In this document: piece by piece, positions 21,350-31,226 of the stretch
Numbering within the stretch: the first letter of the stretch is position 1
How the letters are laid out: each line of letters begins with the position of its first letter
DNA from: Candidatus Latescibacterota bacterium
GTDB lineage: Bacteria; Latescibacterota; UBA2968; UBA8231
Direction of reading: 5' to 3'
DNA: 64,000 nucleotides
Assembly (NCBI GenBank): GCA_965197905.1
Contig: CBDAOB010000005.1
Span: 1,792,001-1,856,000, forward strand
The notes under the pieces: generated by a model
Database searches by the model: none
What the model saw: only the letters and a program-made list of their open reading frames with translations
Told to the model about the DNA's origin: nothing
Position numbers and translations under genes: made by a program

Positions 21350-23200
21350 TCATGCGTCGACAAAGCGCCGGTACCACAACTCGACCGTCAACAGCGATTG
21401 CAACAAGGTCATAACCGGCCAGCCGTCGTCGATCTGGCGAACTAGCCTCTGAAGCCCTTCAGCGTCTATAATGCCCCTAGAGTAGGTACGTTGATCCTGC
21501 AACAGGTTCATGTATGCAGAACGAAACCGAGGTACTTGTCGAAAGTGTCGATTCAAGTCGCCTCTGTGACTCACATCCCATCGTCCTCTGGAGACCTGCA
21601 ACAAGGCGCATGTTGCCATCTGTTTGATCGGCAACCTATCGTACATCTTGTCAATCAACGACTTCGGCCGATCCAGCGACTTTCCCGTTTTGGCCCACCC
21701 AATTGCAGCAGCCTCTGGAAACTCTCTCTGGATTATCGCCCGGTAGAAACCGGCACCTCGTTTGTATTCCGGGGGTAGGCGGAGATACAGGTCGGTAATC
21801 TCGTAGTCCAGACCGGGATAACCGTATTCGACATATTGCCGTTGAATGTTGGGAAGTGCCACGGAGTATCGATTGCTCCTGTTCGCGAACGAGAAACGCT
21901 GGACGAAATTGCTGATGTGCGGCTCGTCTATTTTCGACATCTCGGAGGAAATACTGTCGCGATTCGTCTGTTCGTACTCGGAGTAAAACTCTGGCAGAAA
22001 AGAGCGCTTAACAAATATAGGTTTACATCGCCTCCACATGCCATTGATAATCGCCATTTTCTCTTCTGTGTTGTATTCATTCTTCGCTGGGAGAACGAGA
22101 AAGGTATCCCCTAAGAATACGTCCATCAGGTAACCATCGAGCAGCATCTTGGCCAATCCTGCTTCTCCGATCTTCTGCGCGATCGGCAAGAACCAAAACT
22201 GATGGCAGTGGGTGTTTCCCCCAGATCTTTCAATTCCTTCTTCCATGATCGTCCCGTAATCAAATTCAAGGGGGTCGAATCGGTACCATTCACCTCTGTT
22301 GAGGAGACAAAGATTTTTTGCAATCCTCTCCTCGTGAGCGTACCAGGCGCAGTGGAAGACCGGCACAGGGTCTTCTTGTTGAGAGGCGTAAGAGAGTATG
22401 GTTCTGGAATCAAGGCCTCCGCTGAGCGGAACCCCGAGATGAGAAAACCGATCGCTGTATTTTCCGACCGCTTTGGCCAACAGGTAGCGGGTTTCGCCAA
22501 CAAGATCGTCAAATGTCTCGCGATTGGTGGTATTGGAATACTCATACTGCCAATACTTGCATTGTCTTTGGGACTCAGTGCCGACATTCAAAATTGAACC
22601 CTGGTCAAGCAGGCGAATCTCCTCGAACATTGTCTCACATCCGCTTAGGTATCCAAAGTTGAACAGGTTATAGACTGCTCTTTGATTCACGGTTTTTCGG
22701 GCACCTTCGATCGCTAGCAGAGCTTTTGCTTCTGTAGCAAAAGCAAAATATTGGGAATTCAGGACGTAGTAGATGTGCCGTGCCCCATGACGGCAGTTAG
22801 CAAGGATCACATGGTCTATGTTGTAAACGCACACATTGAAAACGCCGGATATAAAGTCGACAAAAGCCTCGCCGTGTTGTTGAAAAAGGCGCCAAATGGC
22901 TCTCTCTTCCCGCTGATAGAGCGAATTGCCGTCACGCAGATGCCCATCGGCATTCTCCGGATCGGAAAATTCCAGAAGGTACCCGTCTAAAAACACTGTC
23001 CCGTCTTCTGCACGACGCGCCGTCCCCACAGGCGAAGAATCGATGAATCTGTAGTTCCGCGCTGCGAATGATCCATCATCGAACGAATCGACGGTCACGG
23101 GATGTTTGGGTTCAAAGGTAGAGGCCATATGTTGGACCTGCTTGGAAGCCCAGTGTTTGGGCGCCTCGGTCCTCTGTAGATATCCGAATAATGCCGGCAA
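21350..23200 (-). CDS. Asparagine synthase-related ATP-dependent amide ligase lacking the N-terminal Cys
   Basis: PP-loop LSGGLDSR, FAFATEAKALL, C-terminal LTVELWYRRF; N-terminus is MPALFG rather than MCGI. Confidence 0.75.
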   Translation of the reverse strand: MPALFGYLQRTEAPKHWASKQVQHMASTFEPKHPVTVDSFDDGSFAARNYRFIDSSPVGTARRAEDGTVFLDGYLLEFSDPENADGHLRDGNSLYQREERAIWRLFQQHGEAFVDFISGVFNVCVYNIDHVILANCRHGARHIYYVLNSQYFAFATEAKALLAIEGARKTVNQRAVYNLFNFGYLSGCETMFEEIRLLDQGSILNVGTESQRQCKYWQYEYSNTTNRETFDDLVGETRYLLAKAVGKYSDRFSHLGVPLSGGLDSRTILSYASQQEDPVPVFHCAWYAHEERIAKNLCLLNRGEWYRFDPLEFDYGTIMEEGIERSGGNTHCHQFWFLPIAQKIGEAGLAKMLLDGYLMDVFLGDTFLVLPAKNEYNTEEKMAIINGMWRRCKPIFVKRSFLPEFYSEYEQTNRDSISSEMSKIDEPHISNFVQRFSFANRSNRYSVALPNIQRQYVEYGYPGLDYEITDLYLRLPPEYKRGAGFYRAIIQREFPEAAAIGWAKTGKSLDRPKSLIDKMYDRLPIKQMATCALLQVSRGRWDVSHRGDLNRHFRQVPRFRSAYMNLLQDQRTYSRGIIDAEGLQRLVRQIDDGWPVMTLLQSLLTVELWYRRFVDA

Positions 23201-23207
23201 GTCAGCG

Positions 23208-24032
23208 CTATTCCGAGAGTCCGACGAATCGGTCCCAAAGTCGTTGCAGATTGTTGTCTCTTATTCGGACACGACGGAATCCGCTCCATGTGCCGCCCTT
23301 TCGCCTCAAAAGGCACCGCGCGGGCACTCGCCAAAACCGGGTAGGACGGTAATCTACAGTAAGATCGAATGGAGGATCCAACACCGTTGGTATGATTTCG
23401 CGGGAATTCTCGAGCGCCGTTCGAACGCCGTCTCGAATCTCCCCGCGCACAATATCTGCTGGCCGGCTGACACAGGCGGATCTGGACAACCCGATCTTGG
23501 TGGCGACGTATCGGATATTCGACACGACCGATTGCGCCTCACTCACTGCGGCCTGATCGCCGCTGATGAATACCGTGGGCACTCCAAAGCTGGCAGCAAT
23601 ACCGGCAATCAGACCGAATTCGCCGATCTGACATCCGTTTAGAACTACCCTATCAAGGTGTTTTCGACTGTAGGTGTGAGCCAGGTGCCCTGCCGGAGCT
23701 TGAGCCATAGCGTGTTGCCCAACGCATATCAACGCATCGAATGAAGGGTCCAGCATGGGCAGCCACGTATTGCGCCCCTTTCCGTGAATCAACTGTGCTG
23801 GCGAAGCAATATCAGCAAGACTCAGGTTATTACCGGAGCCGTGATTGTCTATCACCACTATTCGACTCGCGCCAGCGAGAATTGCCCCCTTGATGGAGGC
23901 GTTTATCTCCGCAGTCCAAAGTGTGACTGCTGCCTGCTTTTTGGCGAATTCTCCAGGCACGCGATCTCGATATGTATCGAAGCATCCGATCCCACTTACG
24001 CCCTCCAAATCAGCGACGATGTAAACATTCAT
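23208..24032 (-). CDS. M55 family metallopeptidase (DppA-like D-aminopeptidase)
   Basis: YIVADLEGVSG, IDNHG, GQHAMA, HLAHTYS, IGEFG, FISGD motifs. Confidence 0.85.
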   Translation of the reverse strand: MNVYIVADLEGVSGIGCFDTYRDRVPGEFAKKQAAVTLWTAEINASIKGAILAGASRIVVIDNHGSGNNLSLADIASPAQLIHGKGRNTWLPMLDPSFDALICVGQHAMAQAPAGHLAHTYSRKHLDRVVLNGCQIGEFGLIAGIAASFGVPTVFISGDQAAVSEAQSVVSNIRYVATKIGLSRSACVSRPADIVRGEIRDGVRTALENSREIIPTVLDPPFDLTVDYRPTRFWRVPARCLLRRKGGTWSGFRRVRIRDNNLQRLWDRFVGLSE

Positions 24033-24970
24033 GTTATAGAATCGGAATCTGCGTAATGGAACTCGCGAAACCAGTCGGCGAAATCACTACACGTCGGCGT
24101 CCAACAATTCTTCTGGACGGACGCAATTGTCTCGAAAATGCGGCTGAACTGGAGCCGGTCTTTGTCCTTGGGATCCAGATAAATATTTGATAAAGCCCCG
24201 TGTTCGGAAGCCTGTGTCAATCGGCTCGCAAGAAGTCGATGAAAATCGCTCTTGTGCCAGCCGCCGCGGGAGTATAATGCGTGCCAGCTATCAAAGGAAG
24301 TGAAGGGATGTTCCGGACACGTAGTTACGGGGATTTCTAAGACCTCCCCGCTCCACACCGGCACCCCCAATCTCATGCCCCTGGGAGCCAACATAGAAGA
24401 CGAATAGCACAGGCCAACAGACTCCAACAACTCGTAGGTCTCTTCTACGACTATGTTGCCGAAATGGGGAGCGCGGAAACCTTTCATTCTGTACCCAAGC
24501 GTTCGCTCCACCACTTGTTGACAATTGCTGATCTCGTCGAGGCGCTCGGCAACAGACAGATCCTGCCAACGTCGGTGATTGAAATCGCTTCGACTGGAAA
24601 TGAAGTGCGAAGGTGAGTTCACCAACTCGGGGTGGGAGTAAGAATGATTCATCAACTCGTGACCACCATCGATCACCGCAGCGTGAGCGTCTGGATACTC
24701 TTCAGCCCATCTTCCAACACAAGCGAAGCTGGCGTTGATCCCGTATTTCTCCAGCAATACGACGATCTCGGGCAAAGCCAGGGCGTCTTCTGGAAAATCA
24801 CAGTCGAACGTTAATAATAGACAGGATCTCTTGCCGTTCCATGAGGCAATGCCGGAGTTTCCAAACTCGCGCAACATGTGCCGATTTAGGTGGCCTGCAA
24901 ATACCTGCCCTGCGAGCTGGGCAGCCGCCCCACGCGCACGGAGCATGGATTGAGCGAATCCGCCGGTCAT
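24029..24970 (-). CDS. Polysaccharide deacetylase family protein (CE4-like)
   Basis: LTFDCD, HELMNHSYSH, GFRAP motifs; start set at ATG 24970. Confidence 0.8.
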   Translation of the reverse strand: MTGGFAQSMLRARGAAAQLAGQVFAGHLNRHMLREFGNSGIASWNGKRSCLLLTFDCDFPEDALALPEIVVLLEKYGINASFACVGRWAEEYPDAHAAVIDGGHELMNHSYSHPELVNSPSHFISSRSDFNHRRWQDLSVAERLDEISNCQQVVERTLGYRMKGFRAPHFGNIVVEETYELLESVGLCYSSSMLAPRGMRLGVPVWSGEVLEIPVTTCPEHPFTSFDSWHALYSRGGWHKSDFHRLLASRLTQASEHGALSNIYLDPKDKDRLQFSRIFETIASVQKNCWTPTCSDFADWFREFHYADSDSIT

Positions 24971-24980
24971 ATTTCCGTTG

Positions 24981-26888
24981 TCAGGATACCTCTGAAAGAG
25001 GTGTCCGAAAATCCAAATCGCCGTCGAGATACATTCTGCACCACAACTCGAGACAAAGTACGCTCCAAATGCGTTGGGAATGACGTGCCTGATTTCCCTT
25101 CCACTCCCCAAGAAGCCGACCTACTGACTTTGAGTCCAGAAAATCACGTTGCTTGATCCGCCGCGATGACAGAATTCTGCTGATCGGCTCTTCGATACCG
25201 TATCTCGTCCACAAGGCGAACGGTACTGCCAAGCCTTGTTTTTTGCGAGCAACAATTTGCCTTGGTAAGATTCGACTGAGCGCTTTCTTTAGGATGACTT
25301 TTTCGTTGCCATTTCGCACGCGAAAATGTCCCGGAATCTTCATGGCCTTGGCGACTACTCTATGATCCAGAAAGGGGGTTCTCGCTTCCAAGGATACGGC
25401 CATACTCATTCGGTCGGTCCGTGCCAGCATAAGCTCCGGAAGTCGAATCTTGGTCTCGCAGTAGGACATCGATTCCGTTCTTGGCCGCGAACCGAAGGTA
25501 CGGACCTGCTCTTCGTAGACCCTTGCAGCGCACCCTACCGTTCGCGATTTATTTCGGTCGTTTAACAATGGCATTTCATCCAACTCGAAAGCGGTAACCC
25601 ATGACAGGAATCGTTGCGCGTCTGGCAATTCGCTCATCTCCAATGCCCGCACCATTTGTTCGGCGAACGGTAGCTTTCGGCTCATGCGGCACAGTGTTCT
25701 CCGCATACCGGCAGGAAGAATTTGCAATCGGTGTATCTTCTGATCGGAAACGAACCGGGTATACCCACCAAAGAGTTCGTCTGCCCCCTCACCCGTTAGA
25801 ACTACCTTGACGTGCTGTGCCGCCAGTTCTGCCACCTGGTAGGTAGGAACGATTATCGGGTCCGCAAAAGGTTCATCGAAGTGATGAATCAGCATAGGAA
25901 GCTGTTCAACCTTGTCGGCCGTGCAATCGACCTCGCGATGCTCGGTGCAGAACTCTCTTGCTATTCTATTCGCGTGGATTCGTTCATCAAGCTTCCCGAT
26001 CTCGCTGAATCCGATTGAAAACGTTTTTACCGGTTCGCTCATCGCCTCAGACATAAGGGCAACAATGCCGCTGGAATCGAGCCCTCCGCTGAGGAATGCC
26101 CCAAAAGGCACATCACTCATCAGACGAATCTTAACGGCGTCTGCCAACAATTCGTAGAGCTCATCGGCCAGATCGTCTTCAGACAGAGCTGCCAAACTCC
26201 CAGCTCCTGGATCCGGATCCCAATACTGTTCGATCTCGTAGGTCCCGTTGCGCTGATCAACGCGAATCAGACTGCCAGGAAGCAGCTTGTGAATACGACG
26301 AAAAATGGTCTTGTCACGCGGAACGTACCTAAGCGTTAGGTACAGCTCCACAGAGTCCATATCGAGCTCAGGTGAAAATCCCGGGAACTCTAGAATTGCT
26401 TTTATTTCGGAGGCAAATAGAAGCAGGTTGCCGTGGCGGCAATAAAACAACGGCTTTATGCCCAGGCGGTCGCGCACTACCAATGCTGCCTTTTCGGCTG
26501 CATCCCATATGGCAAAAGCGAACATTCCGTTGAGGTGAGTTGGACAACGGTCTCCGAATTCCTCGTACAGGTGAACCAGCACCTCGGTATCCGCTCGAGA
26601 GATAAACTTGTGACCATCGGCCACCAAATCACGTCGAAGGTCTGCTTGGTTATACAGCTCGCCGTTAAAAACAGTCCAGATCGTTTCGTCCTCGTTGTGT
26701 ACGGGCTGCTTGCCACCGGCTGGATCGATGATACTTAAACGTCTATTGGCTAAGGCGACGGCGTCATCACAGTATATGCCTTCGTCGTCTGGGCCCCTAT
26801 GCACGAGCTTCCGAGACATTCTTAGAAGGTCGTCCTTGTTGGGTGGAGGTCCTTCTTCAAGTTCGATTATACCGCAGATTCCGCACAA
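24981..26888 (-). CDS. asnB: Asparagine synthase (glutamine-hydrolysing)-type amidotransferase
   Basis: TTG-start (M)CGICG, HRGPDDEG, FNGELYN, LSGGLDS, GEGADELFGGY, RKKQG. Confidence 0.85.
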   Translation of the reverse strand: MCGICGIIELEEGPPPNKDDLLRMSRKLVHRGPDDEGIYCDDAVALANRRLSIIDPAGGKQPVHNEDETIWTVFNGELYNQADLRRDLVADGHKFISRADTEVLVHLYEEFGDRCPTHLNGMFAFAIWDAAEKAALVVRDRLGIKPLFYCRHGNLLLFASEIKAILEFPGFSPELDMDSVELYLTLRYVPRDKTIFRRIHKLLPGSLIRVDQRNGTYEIEQYWDPDPGAGSLAALSEDDLADELYELLADAVKIRLMSDVPFGAFLSGGLDSSGIVALMSEAMSEPVKTFSIGFSEIGKLDERIHANRIAREFCTEHREVDCTADKVEQLPMLIHHFDEPFADPIIVPTYQVAELAAQHVKVVLTGEGADELFGGYTRFVSDQKIHRLQILPAGMRRTLCRMSRKLPFAEQMVRALEMSELPDAQRFLSWVTAFELDEMPLLNDRNKSRTVGCAARVYEEQVRTFGSRPRTESMSYCETKIRLPELMLARTDRMSMAVSLEARTPFLDHRVVAKAMKIPGHFRVRNGNEKVILKKALSRILPRQIVARKKQGLAVPFALWTRYGIEEPISRILSSRRIKQRDFLDSKSVGRLLGEWKGNQARHSQRIWSVLCLELWCRMYLDGDLDFRTPLSEVS

Positions 26889-26908
26889 AACGTCCAGGCG
26901 CCGCCTTT

Positions 26909-27835
26909 CTACAACTCTGGCAAGGTCGACGAACTGCTCCGTCGCCCGCCGTTGACCGCTAAAACAAGCTCCCATTCTCCATTTTCGAAGTATCCCATTA
27001 GAACCAAGCAGGCTATGTATGCTACCGTGCCAACCAGCAAGCCAACGAGAATGGGTCCCAATTGGGTTGAAATTAAAAACCTCAGACATGAACCCATCAC
27101 GATAAACGCTAGCACCGTCTTTATCAATGGTCGGAGATTTTACTCGAAGTCAAAACAAAACCTTGCATAGCAGAACAATTTGGACCACGTAAGTGGCGAG
27201 TGTCGTGCCAGCAGCACAGTAAAATTCCCAAAGCGAAACGAGCAGGAAGTTTGCTGTCAAATTCAACATAGCGCACGCCCCATTACTTCCATATTCCCCT
27301 CCAGCCTGACGATCGCCTCCGCCTGCGCACTCAATTTCATCGCCAAGATTCCCAATGCCACAAATCCGATTACCGTCCAATGTGAAAGATATTGGCTGGT
27401 AGCGAAACTGGTCTGGGCCATGAAAGATTGCTACCACATACCAATCCTGGCATTGTCAACCAGCAACAGCAATCCGAAAACGCGCGAACAGGCGCATACA
27501 TGACATGGTGGGAAGACGGAAGTCGATGTCTGTCGCACAAATCTACATCATCTTTGCGTTGGGACCTGGCAGACTTGAATCCGACTATTGATACGGAATG
27601 AAAGGGCGAGTTGGTGAGCGCCTGGACTATCGCCAAAGGCACTACCACTCCGAGCCGAAAGCATTCGGGCCACTCGATAGCTTCTCGCGCCAAAGCCTAG
27701 AAGTGACTTAACCGCTGGATAATAGGATTCTGTAATATCGCTCCGAAGATAGTAGAGCCGAGCCGTCAGTATTCGAAGCACGACTGCGAAACCCAATATT
27801 CCAGCCAAGCGGAATGGCACTGATATCCAATTCAC
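26909..27835 (-). pseudogene. Truncated, frameshifted Wzx/MurJ-like oligosaccharide flippase remnant
   Basis: Hydrophobic fragments in several frames, including LNLTANFLLV...AAGTTLATY and GLLVGTVAYIACLVLMG typical of flippase C-termini; only ~930 bp. Confidence 0.5.
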
Positions 27836-28860
27836 GATGGTGCCTCAACGCGACTCGTTACGAGCATTTCGAATCGAGGACGAAAGTACTGTCGCCGATG
27901 AGACCATATGTTGTGCTTCACCAGCTCGCCGCCCCATTTGTGCTTGAATCGACGGATCCGCTCTTCCTTCGGGCTCTTCGGATCCAACGCAACGCCGCTC
28001 TGATCGTATCTAACTCCTTTTCGAGCGCATTCTCGTATTATCTCCCAGCGAATTAGATCATTGCCGCAAAGCGACTCGTTTATGTCGATATCGGTCTGTC
28101 CGGCCATGAATTCCGAGGCTACACGTCCGAATGTTATGCAACCCAAAACCGCAGTCGGTATGTTTTCACGATATGACATATAAAATGTCGCATCTTCGCC
28201 CTCGAATACGTCGTCGAAAATGTCCGCGTAGGAAAGATTCAGCAAAGACAACCCCAACCTCGCCCTGCATTGATTGTACAGCTCAACAACGGATCCTGTC
28301 ATTGAACCCGGCTCGACGGGTTTAACAACGACGCCATTTTTTCTGGCCTTGCGAACGGCTTTGCGGGCGCTACGCTCCAGTGCTGACCAGCACGCCTCTT
28401 CTCCATTGGATCCGTCGATTATCAACGTGGCTCCTTTGCACGACCTGAAACCGCGATCCGCCATCAAGTCTTCCACTTCGGTGCACAACTCGTGGTCGTG
28501 ATATGCAGGAGTGGTCGGACCTATCTTTCTGAATCCTCTTTGCTCAGCAAAACTGACCACTGCGTCCAGAATCTTTTGCGTAGCCTCGTCGGCCCCTTCG
28601 CGGGCCAATACCACAGGACCGCATTCCCAGCAGATCGTAGCGGTTTTCAGAAGATTCAGACCACGAGCGACGATCCGAGCAAGCAAAAGAGCGGCAACAT
28701 TTTCTCCCTCTCGCACGATCCAATAAAGTGGCGTACTGCCTTCGTAGCCCTGTAGGAACCTACCGTAAAGTGAGCTCTGAAAGTAACTTCCCCCAATCGC
28801 CGAACGCACCAGTTCGTCCCATCCCGCCGGCGCCTCGCTTTCGCGGAACTCGACCGACAT
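27832..28860 (-). CDS. FemAB/FemX-like GNAT-fold aminoacyltransferase
   Basis: WDELV...YFQS, RKAVRKARKNGV, LIRWEII, YDQSG, RFKHKWGG; start at ATG 28860. Confidence 0.75.
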   Translation of the reverse strand: MSVEFRESEAPAGWDELVRSAIGGSYFQSSLYGRFLQGYEGSTPLYWIVREGENVAALLLARIVARGLNLLKTATICWECGPVVLAREGADEATQKILDAVVSFAEQRGFRKIGPTTPAYHDHELCTEVEDLMADRGFRSCKGATLIIDGSNGEEACWSALERSARKAVRKARKNGVVVKPVEPGSMTGSVVELYNQCRARLGLSLLNLSYADIFDDVFEGEDATFYMSYRENIPTAVLGCITFGRVASEFMAGQTDIDINESLCGNDLIRWEIIRECARKGVRYDQSGVALDPKSPKEERIRRFKHKWGGELVKHNIWSHRRQYFRPRFEMLVTSRVEAPS

Positions 28861-28883
28861 TTCCCCTTTCCTAGTAAAACATG

Positions 28884-29531
28884 TCATATGTGCCTGACAA
28901 TGACAGCGGGATTGCCAGCAACAAGGACGTTGCTCGGCACATCTGTGCGAACTACGGCTCCTGCACCTATCACCGAATTCTCTCCAACTTCGACCCCTTT
29001 CAATATCGTTGCTCCTAATCCGATCCAGACATTGTTCCCTATCCTGATACTCCTCATCGGTGATTCCGCATCGTAAAATCCCGTCCGCCAAATTTCCTTG
29101 TCGTGATACATTCTCTTCCTAGGATCTACGCTGTGACCATCGTAATCGATGATGACGACGTTAGGCGCTACGATGACCCCATCCCCAATATGGATACCAC
29201 TTTTCGAAACCAAAGATGTCCCCCGATTGATGGCGCAGTGCCGACCAATTGCAATCCCTTGCCCGCCGTCGGCGACGATGGCGATATTTCCCTTGGATAT
29301 CTGAGGCGCTTCAGAGACATGAGATCGAAGATGCGTATTTTCGCCTATTTCGATCGTGGAATTCGAACGTCGTACTAGGGGAAAGCCGGTCACAACAACT
29401 CCGGGTGCCATACTTACACCCCTCAGCCTCACAACCTCCTTGGACAATATGGATCCCAGCCTTCGTAGGCAGCGGCCGATGATTCTCGACTGGAACCATG
29501 AAGCGTCATCTGACGATCGATGCAGCCACAT
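28884..29531 (-). CDS. Hexapeptide-repeat O-acyltransferase (maltose acetyltransferase-like)
   Basis: IGNNVWIG, ILKGVEVGENSVIGAGAVV, VAGNPA; start uncertain. Confidence 0.8.
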   Translation of the reverse strand: MWLHRSSDDASWFQSRIIGRCLRRLGSILSKEVVRLRGVSMAPGVVVTGFPLVRRSNSTIEIGENTHLRSHVSEAPQISKGNIAIVADGGQGIAIGRHCAINRGTSLVSKSGIHIGDGVIVAPNVVIIDYDGHSVDPRKRMYHDKEIWRTGFYDAESPMRSIRIGNNVWIGLGATILKGVEVGENSVIGAGAVVRTDVPSNVLVAGNPAVIVRHI

Positions 29532-30510
29532 GGCACTCAACGTCGATACACTCGCACGGAACTTTTCCAGGCCCGAATTTGCTGCGAAACTCCCGGTAAC
29601 CGCTTCCGTTCCAAATTTCGGAGAATGGTTCCGCAAAAATGTTGCCGAAATGTATCTCGTCGCTGTCGTTGAGCATGCAACAGGGACAAACGTATCCATC
29701 GAACGTAATTGCAATCGAAGTCCATGGGGCAGAACAACCCTTGAAACGGACGTACCTCGAAGGATCCGGACCATCAAACGAGACGGCGACTCCCAGCTTC
29801 ACTCCAGCTTCCGACGCACTCGCTTTTTCTTCGACGAATTTTAGACCTGCTTTGACGTGTTGATCCCGCCAAAGATCAACGTCAGGCCGGTATTCCATTA
29901 TTGGTGTGAAGGTCACGATATCAACCTCCAGGTCAGCGCACAATTCGACCATCTCGGTCATCCTTCCAATGGTTGAATCCATAACAACCATGTTGACGCG
30001 AATCGGAGCGAGCCCGGATCCACCGTTCTCAGCACCCGTCAATGAACGGATTCCGTTTATGACCTGGCCATAATTCGCACGAACTCGAATTTTTTCGAAT
30101 TCCTCGGCGTTGGGAGAATCAAGCGAGACAATGATTTGTGACGCCAACTCCCTCATCTCTAACAATACATTAGATCCTTGCCTGTCCAAAAGCGTTCCGT
30201 TGGTGACGAATGTCACGTCCACGCCTCGCTCTTTCGAAGCGCGAAGCATGGGCAGCAAGTCTTTGTTGATCAAGGGCTCTCCGATACCAGTCAGAGTACC
30301 GCTCCGCAGAGTGGGAATCTCTTCCAGTACATGTGCAAACTGTTGCAGCTTCATATTGCCAACATCACGGCCCTTTCCCCAGCCGGTTCTTCGGCACATT
30401 ATGCAATCGATATTGCACAGGTTCGTAACCTCTATATTGGCACTAGTCGGTCCCTGCCACGCCCTCTGAAAACCAGCTAGCTGGCTCGTGAGGTTGGCAA
30501 TCTTTCTCAT
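29506..30510 (-). CDS. Radical SAM protein with SPASM/twitch domain
   Basis: CNIDCIMC (CxxxCxxC), GEPL, C-terminal CSAPW...CPCC...FGNI...EIWNG...CECIDVEC. Confidence 0.85.
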   Translation of the reverse strand: MRKIANLTSQLAGFQRAWQGPTSANIEVTNLCNIDCIMCRRTGWGKGRDVGNMKLQQFAHVLEEIPTLRSGTLTGIGEPLINKDLLPMLRASKERGVDVTFVTNGTLLDRQGSNVLLEMRELASQIIVSLDSPNAEEFEKIRVRANYGQVINGIRSLTGAENGGSGLAPIRVNMVVMDSTIGRMTEMVELCADLEVDIVTFTPIMEYRPDVDLWRDQHVKAGLKFVEEKASASEAGVKLGVAVSFDGPDPSRYVRFKGCSAPWTSIAITFDGYVCPCCMLNDSDEIHFGNIFAEPFSEIWNGSGYREFRSKFGPGKVPCECIDVECHVAASIVR

Positions 30511-31226
30511 ACCAATTGCTCCTTGCCTGTATTGGCCGATTCAACTTTACCCGCAACTCGAAAACATACGTCGTCGCCGAACATGTTTATCCATATCTCC
30601 TTCAGCAATGGGATACCGTCATCGGCGCAGTACTCCATGATTTCGACATTCATCTGAGCCAATTGTCCCCTAAAATCTTTGACAGACCAGAATCTCACAT
30701 GTTCAGAAGGATGAAACGCCCATTGACATGGAAACCTACCAAACAAAAGCCTCAAACGATGTTCAATGAACGCGATATTGGGTATCGAAACCAGGACCTC
30801 GTTCGCGATCCGAAGATATTTGTTGAACACATCCTCCGACTCGACAACATGCTCGATAAATGCGGACAACACGACGACATCAAAATGTTTATCGGGCATC
30901 TCTTTCGTGACATCCATTACATGGGCTTCGATGCCGCGTTCCCGAGCCTTCTTGACGGCTACGTCCGATCGATCAACGCCCACAACGCTACACTGTTTTT
31001 CCTGATGGAGATAACTGGCGAAGGCACCATCACCGCATGCGACATCCAAAACAGCGCTGCCATCCGCTATCCAGGATGCGAACACTTTGTGCCGTGATGC
31101 CAGGTGTGTCGGCGTACGCCATTCCCAATAGTCCTCATAGGAAAGAGTTTCACCTTTGAACGGAATGTAGCAAAACAACCGTTGAACTCTGTCTGGAAGA
31201 TTCCTAATTCTTCTCCGAAACGTCAC
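30507..31226 (-). CDS. Class I SAM methyltransferase (MetW-like subfamily)
   Basis: VLDVACGDG, VSIPN...RLRLLFGRFP, HVRF motifs; start uncertain (GTG 31226). Confidence 0.8.
   Translation of the reverse strand: MTFRRRIRNLPDRVQRLFCYIPFKGETLSYEDYWEWRTPTHLASRHKVFASWIADGSAVLDVACGDGAFASYLHQEKQCSVVGVDRSDVAVKKARERGIEAHVMDVTKEMPDKHFDVVVLSAFIEHVVESEDVFNKYLRIANEVLVSIPNIAFIEHRLRLLFGRFPCQWAFHPSEHVRFWSVKDFRGQLAQMNVEIMEYCADDGIPLLKEIWINMFGDDVCFRVAGKVESANTGKEQLV

Noticed and set aside
21350..30510. Lasso peptide or other RiPP cluster (AsnB-like cyclase plus radical SAM/SPASM)
   Set aside because: No precursor peptide, B1/B2 or PqqD-like protein was seen, and the context is glycosyltransferases.
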